NCBI GenBank assembly: GCA_963740355.1
Contig: CAVUDW010000002.1
Span: 2,368,001-2,432,000 of the forward strand
Source: an uncultured Gemmatimonadaceae bacterium
GTDB taxonomy: Bacteria; Gemmatimonadota; Gemmatimonadetes; Gemmatimonadales; Gemmatimonadaceae
Direction of reading: 5' to 3'
Length of the DNA: 64,000 nt
The notes under the pieces were generated by a model that was not told the origin of the DNA, did not search any database, and saw nothing but the letters and a program-made list of their open reading frames with translations. The translations under genes and the position numbers were made by a program. The number at the start of each line of letters is the position of its first letter. Positions within the stretch are counted from its first letter, which is position 1. Below, piece after piece: positions 17,187 through 26,125 of the stretch.

Positions 17187-18814
17187 GTGGTGTGTGCGCT
17201 CTCGGTCGCACCGCCGAAGCGCACGATCGTCGCCGTCCGCACGTCGGGCAACGCCATCAGGCGTTCGCGCAGCGCTGGCGCCACGACACCATCGACGGAG
17301 ATGGCAGCGAGGGCTTCGCCGCCCTGCGCAAGGCGGGCCTGATGATATTCGGCGATGTTCACCTGGGCATCACCCAGCACGGTACCAACACGGCCGATGA
17401 CACCAGGCACGTCGTTGTTGGTGAGCACGATCATCGTCTGTCGCGGCGTCACATCCACATGGAATGCACCGATCCGCGTCACGCGTGCAGCTCCGCCCGG
17501 TGGCGCCATCGCGACGACGCCGATCTCGCGCACGCCGCCGCCAAGCGACACATCCACCGTTGCGGTCCGCTCCTTGTCGGAGAGTTCGCCGATCGACAGC
17601 TCGATGCCGCGCGCTTCGGCCATGGCGCGGGCGTTGATCAGGTTGAGTCGCCCGTCGTCGATCACCCCTTCCAGGATTCCCGCACAGGCTGCAGAGAGCA
17701 GCGCAGCACCGGCGCCGATGAGGTCGGGGCTCACGCGCAGTCGCACGCGCTGGATGATGCTGATGCCCTGGTCGAGCAGGAGCGCTCGCGCGATCGCCGC
17801 CGCTCGCTGCGAAACCAGCAGCGCAGGCTGCAAGTCGCGCCACTCCGTACCAGACACGGAAGCCACATTCAGTGAGCGAGTGAGCTCACCATGCAGCAGC
17901 GCGTCACGCACCGCTTCGCAGACGTCGACGGCCACATTGCGTTGCGCCTCCGCGGTCGACGCGCCAAGGTGCGGCGTGAGCAACACGTTCGTCAGCGACC
18001 GCAAAGGGTGGTCGGCCGCCAGGGGTTCCTGTGCGAAGGCGTCGATGCACGCACCGCGCAACACGCCGCTTTGCAGCGCCTGCGCCAGCGCACCATCGTC
18101 AACGATGCCGCCGCGCGCGAGATTGCATACCACCGCGCCAGCCGGCATGCGCGCCAGTTCACGCCGGCCGATCATGCCTGTCGTCTCCGGTGTGAGCGGT
18201 GTGTGGATGGTCAACACATCCGCATCCGGCAGCATCGCCTCGAGTGATGGCGCACGCGTGATCTTCAGGGCCCGGAATCGCTCATCGCCGACGTAGGGAT
18301 CGTAACCGATCACGTCCATGCCGAACGCATGCGCGCGCATCGCGACCTCTGACCCGATCCGGCCCACACCAACGATGCCGAGCGTGCGTCCCTTCAGCTC
18401 ACTGCCAAGAAGGGCTGATCGATCCCATCGGCCTGCGTGCATGGAAGTATCCGCGCGGACGATATGGCGAAACAGTGCGATCAAGGAGCCGAACAACAGC
18501 TCCGCCACGGCGATCGTATTGCCCGCCGGCGCATTGATGACCGCGACACCCAGCTCGGTCGCGGTCGCCATGTCGACATTGTCCACGCCGACGCCGGCGC
18601 GCCCAACCACACGCAGCTTGGTGCCGGCGCGCAGCAGCTCGCCGCTGATCCGCGACGCACTTCGACCCACGATCGCATCGTACGCCGGAATTCGCGCGAG
18701 CAACTCGGCGGCGGGGAGGGTAGGGACCTCCTCGACCTGCAACCGAGGCTCAGACATCAAGAGTGCAAGACCGTCAGGATCGATCTCGTCCGTCACCAGC
18801 ACGCGATATCGCAT
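17183..18814 (-). CDS. serA: D-3-phosphoglycerate dehydrogenase (ASB + ACT type)
   Basis: RAGVGVDNVD, GVGRIG, ARGG, TPHLGAST, ACT domain NNDVPGVIG. Confidence 0.95.
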   Translation of the reverse strand: MRYRVLVTDEIDPDGLALLMSEPRLQVEEVPTLPAAELLARIPAYDAIVGRSASRISGELLRAGTKLRVVGRAGVGVDNVDMATATELGVAVINAPAGNTIAVAELLFGSLIALFRHIVRADTSMHAGRWDRSALLGSELKGRTLGIVGVGRIGSEVAMRAHAFGMDVIGYDPYVGDERFRALKITRAPSLEAMLPDADVLTIHTPLTPETTGMIGRRELARMPAGAVVCNLARGGIVDDGALAQALQSGVLRGACIDAFAQEPLAADHPLRSLTNVLLTPHLGASTAEAQRNVAVDVCEAVRDALLHGELTRSLNVASVSGTEWRDLQPALLVSQRAAAIARALLLDQGISIIQRVRLRVSPDLIGAGAALLSAACAGILEGVIDDGRLNLINARAMAEARGIELSIGELSDKERTATVDVSLGGGVREIGVVAMAPPGGAARVTRIGAFHVDVTPRQTMIVLTNNDVPGVIGRVGTVLGDAQVNIAEYHQARLAQGGEALAAISVDGVVAPALRERLMALPDVRTATIVRFGGATESAHTT

Positions 18815-18940
18815 GCATCTCCAGGGCAGGGGGTATCGCGTTCAGCTCGGCGATTCCCTGAAAGATATCAAGCCCGGCAACCGTACTGAGGCCGCAGCAC
18901 TGGAGGAGCAGCGGCAGGCGACATGCCTGGTCCGCAATGC

Positions 18941-18970
18941 AAAACGCCCACGGCGCAAGCCGCGGGCGTT
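18941..18970 (-). terminator. Rho-independent terminator downstream of the NlpC/P60 gene
   Basis: Minus strand AACGCCCGCGGC-TTGC-GCCGTGGGCGTT-TT. Confidence 0.75.
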
Positions 18971-19002
18971 GAACTCGAGCACGACACGTGGCGCTGTTCA
19001 GC

Positions 19003-19716
19003 TCACGGAATCAATTCTGACTTTGCGGTCGTCGTGTCGGCGTCAGCCACCAATCGGATGGCACCCTTGAAGCGCGCCGCACGAGTGTTGAGCAGGCTCT
19101 CGACGACTCCAACGCCTGGCCGGCTGGCGTGAACGTAGCGGCCGTTACCTGAATAGATCGCGATGTGCGTTATCCGGCGGCCGGTCCCGAACGTCAGGAG
19201 ATCGCCCGGCTTCATGCGATCGAGATCGCGCCCGATGCGAATGCCGGTGTACGCCTGCTCGTTCGCCGTGCGGGGGAGGCTGACATTGAGCCATGACATC
19301 ACATACTTGACCAACCCGCTGCAATCGAAGGCACGACCCGGCGTTTCAGCGCCCCAGACGTACGGCGTGCCGATCTGCTGGCGGGCCACCGAGACGATCG
19401 AGTCACGCAAGGCATCCGCTGAGTCGGACATGAACGACGCTTGCGCCACATCCGGAACGATCGGCCCTGAATAGACGTGGCGGCTGCGGGCGCGGCGCCC
19501 CTTGGCGGTCCGTCGCGAAGTAACGCGGGAGGCAGCGCGAGAGCGGCTGCGCGTTGCGACGGCTTTTTGCTTCTTTCGGGTCGCCGTGGCGACCGGCTTC
19601 TTGCCCCGAGGCTTCTCGGCTGCCGCGCTGTTCGGCGTGGCGATGACGACCGCCACGATGCCGAGGAGCAGCACGAGGCGGCGCAGGGCAGTGGCTAGAG
19701 AGTTCGGCATTGGCAT
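19003..19716 (-). CDS. NlpC/P60 (C40) cell-wall peptidase with signal peptide and basic linker
   Basis: IGTPYVWG, FDCSG, LPRTA, PGDLL, HIAIY, VHA. Confidence 0.92.
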   Translation of the reverse strand: MPMPNSLATALRRLVLLLGIVAVVIATPNSAAAEKPRGKKPVATATRKKQKAVATRSRSRAASRVTSRRTAKGRRARSRHVYSGPIVPDVAQASFMSDSADALRDSIVSVARQQIGTPYVWGAETPGRAFDCSGLVKYVMSWLNVSLPRTANEQAYTGIRIGRDLDRMKPGDLLTFGTGRRITHIAIYSGNGRYVHASRPGVGVVESLLNTRAARFKGAIRLVADADTTTAKSELIP

Positions 19717-20032
19717 GGAGGTAAGGGTACCTGAACGCATCACCGAGCACAGCGGGCTCTCGACGACTCCTGCGGCGGAGACTGACCAGGCACTCAGCCG
19801 GGCCGATCCAGACCGCGCTCCACAGGGGTGACGACAGCCCGCCGGCCGGGGTCACGGAAGCGAGTGTCGACAGAGGGACCCCCGGTCGGAAGCGGGGCCA
19901 TCCGGGGCGTCTCCGCTTGTCGTCCGCGTCCCAACCCGTCAACTTGTTCGGCTACTGCCGCTCCGCCTCGTTTCTGGTGGAGCCGAACGCCTCGGGACGC
20001 CATCTGGCGGCCTCGTCTCCAGACCTGCAACG

Positions 20033-20662
20033 ATGTCGGAATTCGAAGAGGGCGGGCTCGACTCGCTCGCGAGCTGGTTCAAGAGCAATCAGAAAATTGT
20101 CTCGATCGCGCTCGGCGGATTGGTTGTGGCCGCTGCGGCGATCGTCATTTGGCAGAAGTCGGCGGACACGAAGATCGACAATGCCGAGCGTGCGTTCTTC
20201 ACGGCGCAGACGGCTGCGTCGCAGAATCCGGCGAATGCCGCGACCGAGCTCGAGAAGGTGGCGACACGGTATGCCGGTACATCGGCTGGCGATCGCGCCA
20301 CGTTGCTGCTGGCGCAGTCGCTGATGAGCTCGGGGAAGACTGCCGACGCCCTGAAGAAGCTGGAAGCGCTCTCAGCCAGTGGCGGCGCGAGCCGCCTCGG
20401 ATCGACGCTGCAGACGTTGATGGCTGCAGCCTACGAGAACCTGAACCGACCGGCGGATGCGGCCAAGGCCTACCTGGCGGCTGCCGATGCGAGCTTCGGG
20501 GACGCCAAGATCCAGCGACAGGCCGACGCCGCACGGGCGTACATGGCGGCGGGAAACAACGCTGAGTCCATGAAGCTCTGGACGGAGCTGGCGAAGGACG
20601 ACAAGGGTCCGTTGGCTGCCGAAGCGCATGTCCGGTTGGGCGAGCTGGCCGTCAAGCAGTAG
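20033..20662 (+). CDS. Membrane-anchored TPR protein (YfgM-like)
   Basis: WFKSN plus one TM helix followed by TPR-like helices. Confidence 0.8.
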   Translation: MSEFEEGGLDSLASWFKSNQKIVSIALGGLVVAAAAIVIWQKSADTKIDNAERAFFTAQTAASQNPANAATELEKVATRYAGTSAGDRATLLLAQSLMSSGKTADALKKLEALSASGGASRLGSTLQTLMAAAYENLNRPADAAKAYLAAADASFGDAKIQRQADAARAYMAAGNNAESMKLWTELAKDDKGPLAAEAHVRLGELAVKQ

Positions 20663-20681
20663 TCGACGTTCGATCGATTGT

Positions 20682-20720
20682 CGTCGGGCCCGATTGATCG
20701 GTGATCAGTCGGGCCCGACG
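20682..20720. repeat. Hairpin built from two copies of the palindrome TCGGGCCCGA
   Basis: CGTCGGGCCCGATTGATC-GGT-GATCAGTCGGGCCCGACG, about 18-bp stem with one G-T pair. Confidence 0.7.
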
Positions 20721-20974
20721 CGTGTGTGCCCGCTGACTGCTCGAGGTGTTTGTCGGCATTGATGCGCCGCCGCGAGTCGGGACCCGTCAGACGGATCTTG
20801 CAAGCTGACGACTCTCCGCCGGAAGCTGCCCGAGAATCGGACTTGGTGCTGTCCGTTTTGGCGTGTGGTTCGGTGATCAGATAGCGACGTCTGTTGAGGC
20901 GAGGTAAGTCGCTCACCGTTGGGGATTTGCGCAGTGCTCCGGGAGCGATTTGACCGTCACGCCGCCGCCACACG

Positions 20975-21002
20975 ACTTCTTATAAGAAGTATTATGTAAA
21001 CT
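20975..21002 (+). other. dif: dif chromosome-dimer resolution site (XerC/XerD)
   Basis: ACTTCTTATAA-GAAGTA-TTATGTAAACT, 11-6-11 layout; arms closely match B. subtilis dif as recalled (ACTTCCTAGAA-TATATA-TTATGTAAACT); AT-rich island in an intergenic region. Confidence 0.9.
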
Positions 21003-21008
21003 ACACAG

Positions 21009-21057
21009 GGTGGAAAACTGTGGATAAGTGCCTCTTTCCGGCCTGTGGTGTGGAAAG
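21009..21057 (-). promoter_or_regulatory. DnaA box(es) adjacent to dif
   Basis: Perfect TGTGGATAA (TTATCCACA on minus) at 21019-21027; degenerate GGTGGAAAA 21009-21017 and TGTGGAAAG 21049-21057 in the same orientation. Confidence 0.6.
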
Positions 21058-21210
21058 TCGCCTCGGTTCCGCACAAATCGGCTCCGGGCACCGTCACGGC
21101 AGCGTCACAGACCTCGTCTGCCACTTTCGACGAAAATCAAGGCCTCGGCCGACAGAATTGTCAGCCATTTTCGGCGGGAAACACGCGCCGAAGTGCCCCG
21201 CAGCCGCCCC

Positions 21211-22059
21211 CTAACGCACGTCGCGCAGGACGCCGTCGTAGACCACGCGACCTTCGCCCGAGAGCTCGCTCCAGCCGGCGTCGACACCATCCGGCAAGCG
21301 CACCGTCAGCACGCGATCACTGGCGGTTCTGAGACGCACCGGCGACTCCGAAGCGGCGGCTCCCCAGGCGATCAAACAGGCTGCCGTTGCAACCGACCCA
21401 GTGCCGCAGGCATACGTCTCACCTTCCACGCCGCGCTCGTACGTCCGGATGCGCCATTCGCCGACGTCGGCGCCTGGGCTGACGAAGTTGACGTTCGCGC
21501 CCTCTGGCGCGCGCTGCGCCCCGTACCGCAGGATCCGACCGCGAGCTGCCACATCGATCGCACTCACGTCGTCGACCTGCACCACGAGGTGCGGAACGCC
21601 AACCACCGCGTAGCCAATGCGGAGCTCGCGTGGCGCGGTGCCTTCGGGAGCCTGCACCTCGAGCGCAGTCACTGGCGCGAGCCGGATCGCCGCCACGCCA
21701 TGGGCATCGATCGATGCGGCAATCAGTCCCGCGTCAGACATGAAGTGAAACATCTGTTCACGTGTCGCAAGTCCAAGCCGCACAGCGCTTTGCGCTGCAC
21801 AGAGTGAAGCGTTTCCGCACAGCGACGCGCGCGTACCATCGGCGTTGTAGTACCGGATGGCAAAATGCGCCTCATCGGACTCGGCAATGAACACGACGCC
21901 ATCAGCGCCGATGCCAATGTGCGGCCGGCAGATGGCGGCGATCATTTCCGTGGTCTCCAGCGGATCGGCCGAATGCCCGCTCGAGCGCGAATCGAAAAAG
22001 ACGAAGTCGTTCCCCGACCCCGACATCTTCCAGAAAGCGCGTCCGGTTCCGCTCGTCAT
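21211..22059 (-). CDS. dapF: Diaminopimelate epimerase
   Basis: KMSGSGNDF, GIGADG, LCGNA, GVPH, NVNF, ERGVEGETYACGTG; ATGA overlap. Confidence 0.95.
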   Translation of the reverse strand: MTSGTGRAFWKMSGSGNDFVFFDSRSSGHSADPLETTEMIAAICRPHIGIGADGVVFIAESDEAHFAIRYYNADGTRASLCGNASLCAAQSAVRLGLATREQMFHFMSDAGLIAASIDAHGVAAIRLAPVTALEVQAPEGTAPRELRIGYAVVGVPHLVVQVDDVSAIDVAARGRILRYGAQRAPEGANVNFVSPGADVGEWRIRTYERGVEGETYACGTGSVATAACLIAWGAAASESPVRLRTASDRVLTVRLPDGVDAGWSELSGEGRVVYDGVLRDVR

Positions 22060-22808
22060 ACTCGGCCCGTGATCGACCACCAGCGGAGACGCCAGACCAT
22101 CCAGATCGCCTCGCGCACGATGCGCTTGGACATCTTGCTCTCGCCTTCGGTGCGATCGGTGAAGACGATCGGAATCTCGGCGATCCGGAATCCTTTCTTC
22201 CAGGCCCGGAAGCTGACTTCGATCTGGAATGCGTAGCCGTTCGATCGCACATCATCGAGATCGATCGTTTCCAGCACGGTGCGGCGGAAGCACTTGAAGC
22301 CGCCAGTCGCATCATACAGCTGCAGGCCGGTCACAGTGCGCGCGTAGATGTTGGCCGCATAACTGAGCATGAGTCGCGTCATCGGCCAGTTCACCACCGT
22401 CACCTTGCCGTTCCGATACCTCGAGCCAAGGACGAGGTCGGTGTCCTGAATGGCGCGCAAGAACTCCGGCAGGTGTCCGGGATCGTGCGAAAAATCGGCG
22501 TCCATCTCGAAGATGAATGCGTAGTCCCGTGCGAGCGCCCACTTGAACCCGGCGAGGTATGCAGTGCCGAGTCCCATCTTCTTCGCGCGATGGAGCGCGT
22601 GGACACGGTCGTTCGTCTTGGCGATTTCATCCACGATGGCCCCTGTACCATCCGGCGAGCCATCGTCCACGATCAGCACCGACAGCCGCGCATCCTGCGA
22701 CAGCACAGCTTCGATGATCCGGGCGACGTTTTCGCGCTCGTTGTACGTCGGGACGATGACCAGGGCACGTTCCTTCGTCACCGCCTCGAGCAATGCGGGT
22801 GCCGTCAC
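22056..22808 (-). CDS. Polyprenol-monophosphomannose synthase (GT2, Dpm1/Ppm1-like)
   Basis: VPTYNEREN, DDGSPDGT, GLGTAY, EMDADFSHDP, DATGGFK, SNGYAFQIE, GESKMS. Confidence 0.9.
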   Translation of the reverse strand: MTAPALLEAVTKERALVIVPTYNERENVARIIEAVLSQDARLSVLIVDDGSPDGTGAIVDEIAKTNDRVHALHRAKKMGLGTAYLAGFKWALARDYAFIFEMDADFSHDPGHLPEFLRAIQDTDLVLGSRYRNGKVTVVNWPMTRLMLSYAANIYARTVTGLQLYDATGGFKCFRRTVLETIDLDDVRSNGYAFQIEVSFRAWKKGFRIAEIPIVFTDRTEGESKMSKRIVREAIWMVWRLRWWSITGRV

Positions 22809-25186
22809 GCGGTCTTCCTCCGGTCGGTCACGACGCCACCAGCCAGGAGCAGCAGCGCGAGGCCGAGCGCGATCAGCGTGATGGTCTTCCCCTTCTCGTA
22901 GCTGGCACTGGTGAATCGCAGCTCGATCGACTTCGCGCCGGCTGGCAGCGGAACGCCAATCAGCGAGTACATGGCTCGCGACGCGGTCACCGGCTTGCCG
23001 TCGACGGTCGCGTTCCAGCCGGGATAGAAATTCTCCGACACGACTAAAGCAGAGCCTGCTGGAGCTGGCGCGCCGAGTGTAATCGAAATGGCGCCGGGAT
23101 CATACTTCGTCACCGAGACAGGGAGGTCAAGCGGCGCCGGCGGAGCGGCGAGCTGTGCTGCCTTCACGTCGGCGCTGTCGTTGAAAATCGCGACGGAGTG
23201 CACTGGGAATCGCGGGTCGAGCACGGTGGTCAGTGTCACGCTGTCGGCGGCCTTGATGATCGCCGGCGCGACCCACGCAGCGCGGTTGTCGCCCGGCAGT
23301 TCGTAGACGTACACGGTGGACCCATGTGCATCACGTACCGGACCGGCCACGAGTTTCGTGCCTTCGAGCGGAAACTTGGCGACATCGGTGAGGAAGAACC
23401 GCGAATTCGAGAGTGCCCAGAAGTTGGGATTCGCGAGTTGCGGGTACCCTTCCTCTTCGTGGCCGATCAGGTCGTCGTAGCGGCGGAGTTCGTTGCCGTG
23501 GTAGCCCTTCGTCTGCCGAATCCCGTGGGCCATCAACCCGCTGTAGCCAAGCTCAGGATCACGCGGCGGACCACTCCGCTCGATCGCGACGTCGATCACA
23601 CGCCCGGGCTCGGTCGCCGTCGCCTTCTTGATGTATTCGATCGCGGGATCGGAGGCGAAGGAAACACTGGCTGGCTTGCTGAATGTCCAGTACGTGCGCA
23701 TCACGCTGGTGAGATCGAGCGCGACCAGCACCACCAGTGCCCAGCCTGCAACGGTCGGCGTGAGCTTCTGGCTGCCACGACCAAAGGCCACGGCCAGCAC
23801 CAGCGCGGCGAAGAACATCGCCCGCACGCTGCCCATCATCAGGTCGCTAGCGTTGCGCGTCACCAGTTCGGCGACTTCTGGGGCTGCGAAGGCGCCAGCA
23901 ACCCCGGAGAGCATTCCCGTCACGCCAAGCAGGAGGATGGCGCCGATGCTCGCGCCGGCCGCGGTCAGGAATCGCCGCGACAGCGCCTTTTCCAACAGCC
24001 CCTGTGCCCCGTACCCGGCCAGGACGGCCATCGCGAACGTGGCCACGAAGAATACGGTACTCGGAGCCCGGAAGAACTTCGAGCCAGGGACGAGGGCGTA
24101 GATCAGCTCATAGAAGGGCGTGAAGCCACCCATCGCCCAGAGCGTGAAGAGCACCACGAATCCGCCCCAGAAATACACATCACGCGAGCGGACTTTCGAG
24201 CGAAACGCCGCCACCACGAGCAGCCAGACGGCAGCACCGATGTATTCGCTGTGGTGGTGAATCCGATTCGGGCCCCAGTACTTGTCGAGAATGCCGGTGA
24301 ATTCAGGAATCAACGTATTGAACAATTCAACCGGCGGAAACGAAAACGATGTCGCGAACGCATAGTCCCGTCCGCCGGCGCGCGGAGAGAACGGCGTGTA
24401 CTCCATCACGGGCAGGTACTGGATCGCGCTGATCGCAAACCCAAGGACGATTGCGCCGAGTGCGAATGCGAGCCGCCGAATCGCGATCGGGCGCGCGGGT
24501 CCCGCGAGTCCGAGCCCAAACGCGAGATACAGTGCGAACACCCCGCAGCCCATCAACATGTAGCTCATCAACTGCGGGTGCGGGCTCAGCATGCCGAGTC
24601 CGACGATGACCGCCAGTCCCCCCCATGCGGCGTTCTTGCCGTCGCGAATGCCACGGACCAGGCACAGCATCGCCAGTGGCAGCATCGCACCGACGAAGAT
24701 CTTGCCATCGTGGCCGGGATTGACGTACGACGCGTTCCAGCCGCTCAACATGTAGGCGACCGCGCCAACCAGAGCACCGAAAAATCGCAGGCCCAATGCG
24801 CGGAGAAAGACGTACGTGGCAAATCCACCGAGCATGTAGTGGATGATCATGCCCCACGTCATGGCCGCATCGGTCGGCATGGCCATCCGCAGCAGCGCTG
24901 TCGGATAGAAGATGTCGCCGTGCATTGCACCGACATACGGCATGCCGCCAAACAGGTACGGATTCCAGAGCGCGAATCCACCCGTCGCACGCAGCACCTG
25001 TGCGCCGAATTCGCGGAAGGAATACCCGGCGATGTACTGGTCGCTGTAGATGTTGACGAGGAACTGACCGCTGAGCGCCGGATAGGCCAGCAACATCGTG
25101 CCGACCACGCAGGTCAGCAGCGCGAGCAGCCACGCATTCCGGGGGTCGTTCGTCTGGGTCGTGTTCGAGTCAGGCAGCAGGGCCAT
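22805..25186 (-). CDS. YfhO-family polytopic membrane protein (putative GT-C glycosyltransferase)
   Basis: LWNPYLFGGMP, many TM helices, C-terminal ENFYPGWNATVDG. Confidence 0.8.
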   Translation of the reverse strand: MALLPDSNTTQTNDPRNAWLLALLTCVVGTMLLAYPALSGQFLVNIYSDQYIAGYSFREFGAQVLRATGGFALWNPYLFGGMPYVGAMHGDIFYPTALLRMAMPTDAAMTWGMIIHYMLGGFATYVFLRALGLRFFGALVGAVAYMLSGWNASYVNPGHDGKIFVGAMLPLAMLCLVRGIRDGKNAAWGGLAVIVGLGMLSPHPQLMSYMLMGCGVFALYLAFGLGLAGPARPIAIRRLAFALGAIVLGFAISAIQYLPVMEYTPFSPRAGGRDYAFATSFSFPPVELFNTLIPEFTGILDKYWGPNRIHHHSEYIGAAVWLLVVAAFRSKVRSRDVYFWGGFVVLFTLWAMGGFTPFYELIYALVPGSKFFRAPSTVFFVATFAMAVLAGYGAQGLLEKALSRRFLTAAGASIGAILLLGVTGMLSGVAGAFAAPEVAELVTRNASDLMMGSVRAMFFAALVLAVAFGRGSQKLTPTVAGWALVVLVALDLTSVMRTYWTFSKPASVSFASDPAIEYIKKATATEPGRVIDVAIERSGPPRDPELGYSGLMAHGIRQTKGYHGNELRRYDDLIGHEEEGYPQLANPNFWALSNSRFFLTDVAKFPLEGTKLVAGPVRDAHGSTVYVYELPGDNRAAWVAPAIIKAADSVTLTTVLDPRFPVHSVAIFNDSADVKAAQLAAPPAPLDLPVSVTKYDPGAISITLGAPAPAGSALVVSENFYPGWNATVDGKPVTASRAMYSLIGVPLPAGAKSIELRFTSASYEKGKTITLIALGLALLLLAGGVVTDRRKTA

Positions 25187-26125
25187 CGGGTGTCGTAATG
25201 GAGGAGCGGCGACGCAGTGAAGAGCCGGGGAGAAATGCGAGCCCCGGAAGTATTTCGAGCACGGTCAGCCAGATACGTGATGCCGCTGCCAGCAGTGCGG
25301 CATCAGCGGGAGTCGCCAGATGCAATGAAATCAGGAGGCTCGTCAGTGCGGTTTCACGCACCCCAAGACCACCAGGAACCACCAGCGCGAGAAAACCCAG
25401 CAGATACGACGACGTGTAAACTGCCAGCGCCGCCAGTGAGATGCCACCGCCGTGCCCGAGGAGTGCGTTCCAGAAGATCCCGAATCCGATCCCATAGGCG
25501 ACCCAGGCCGCGACATTGGCGCCAAAGACAAGCAGCAGCGTCGCCCGTGTGATCACCGGCATATCAGGCATCGGCTGGCGGAACAGGCGAGTGCCCTGCC
25601 GGACTGCCCAGACCAGCAGCACCGGTCCGTACGCCAACCCGATCACTGTTGCCGCGACCGTGACCCACGCCCCCACCCGCAGTAATGGATACGCCGCGAG
25701 CAGCTCCCCTGCCCCGGCCAACGCCACCACCGCGAATCCAGCCGCCAGGTTCACGAGCTGCATGATGATCGCTGAGCCAGTCGCCGCGATCGGTGACGCG
25801 CCGGCCTCCTTCGCCAGCACGGCCATCGCCCCGATCGACCAGAACTTCCCGGGCACATACTTGCCCAGGCTGGACACGAACCAGATCCGCGACGCATCGC
25901 CAACGCCGAGGGGGCTCCGCCAGGTCCGCAGCAGCAGTCGCCATGACGCGATCAGGACCGCGTATCCAGCAGCGATGCAGCCGCTCGCCAGGACCAACCC
26001 CGCCCACGACGGCTGCAGCGCGGCTGCACTGGCTCGAATTGCGTCCCATTGGCGCGATACGAATCGGACGACGAGAACCGCGATCGCAAGCGCAACGGTG
26101 ACACGCAGCGCTGTGCGAACCTCAG
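25170..26125 (-). CDS. LPG-synthase TM / UPF0104 flippase-like membrane protein
   Basis: SSLGKYVPGKFW, VPGGLGVRE; probable GTG start overlapping the upstream stop. Confidence 0.8.

Noticed and set aside
19745..19960. c-di-AMP (ydaO) riboswitch or SRP RNA upstream of the NlpC/P60 gene
   Set aside because: The conserved core motifs could not be found on the appropriate strand.
20470..20973. 167-aa minus-strand ORF
   Set aside because: Overlaps the TPR gene antisense, has no recognisable motif and crosses a hairpin region.
20663..21210. oriC
   Set aside because: Only one perfect DnaA box, no dnaA/dnaN/gyrB/parAB nearby; the AT-rich tract is explained by dif, and KOPS motifs and genes converge here.
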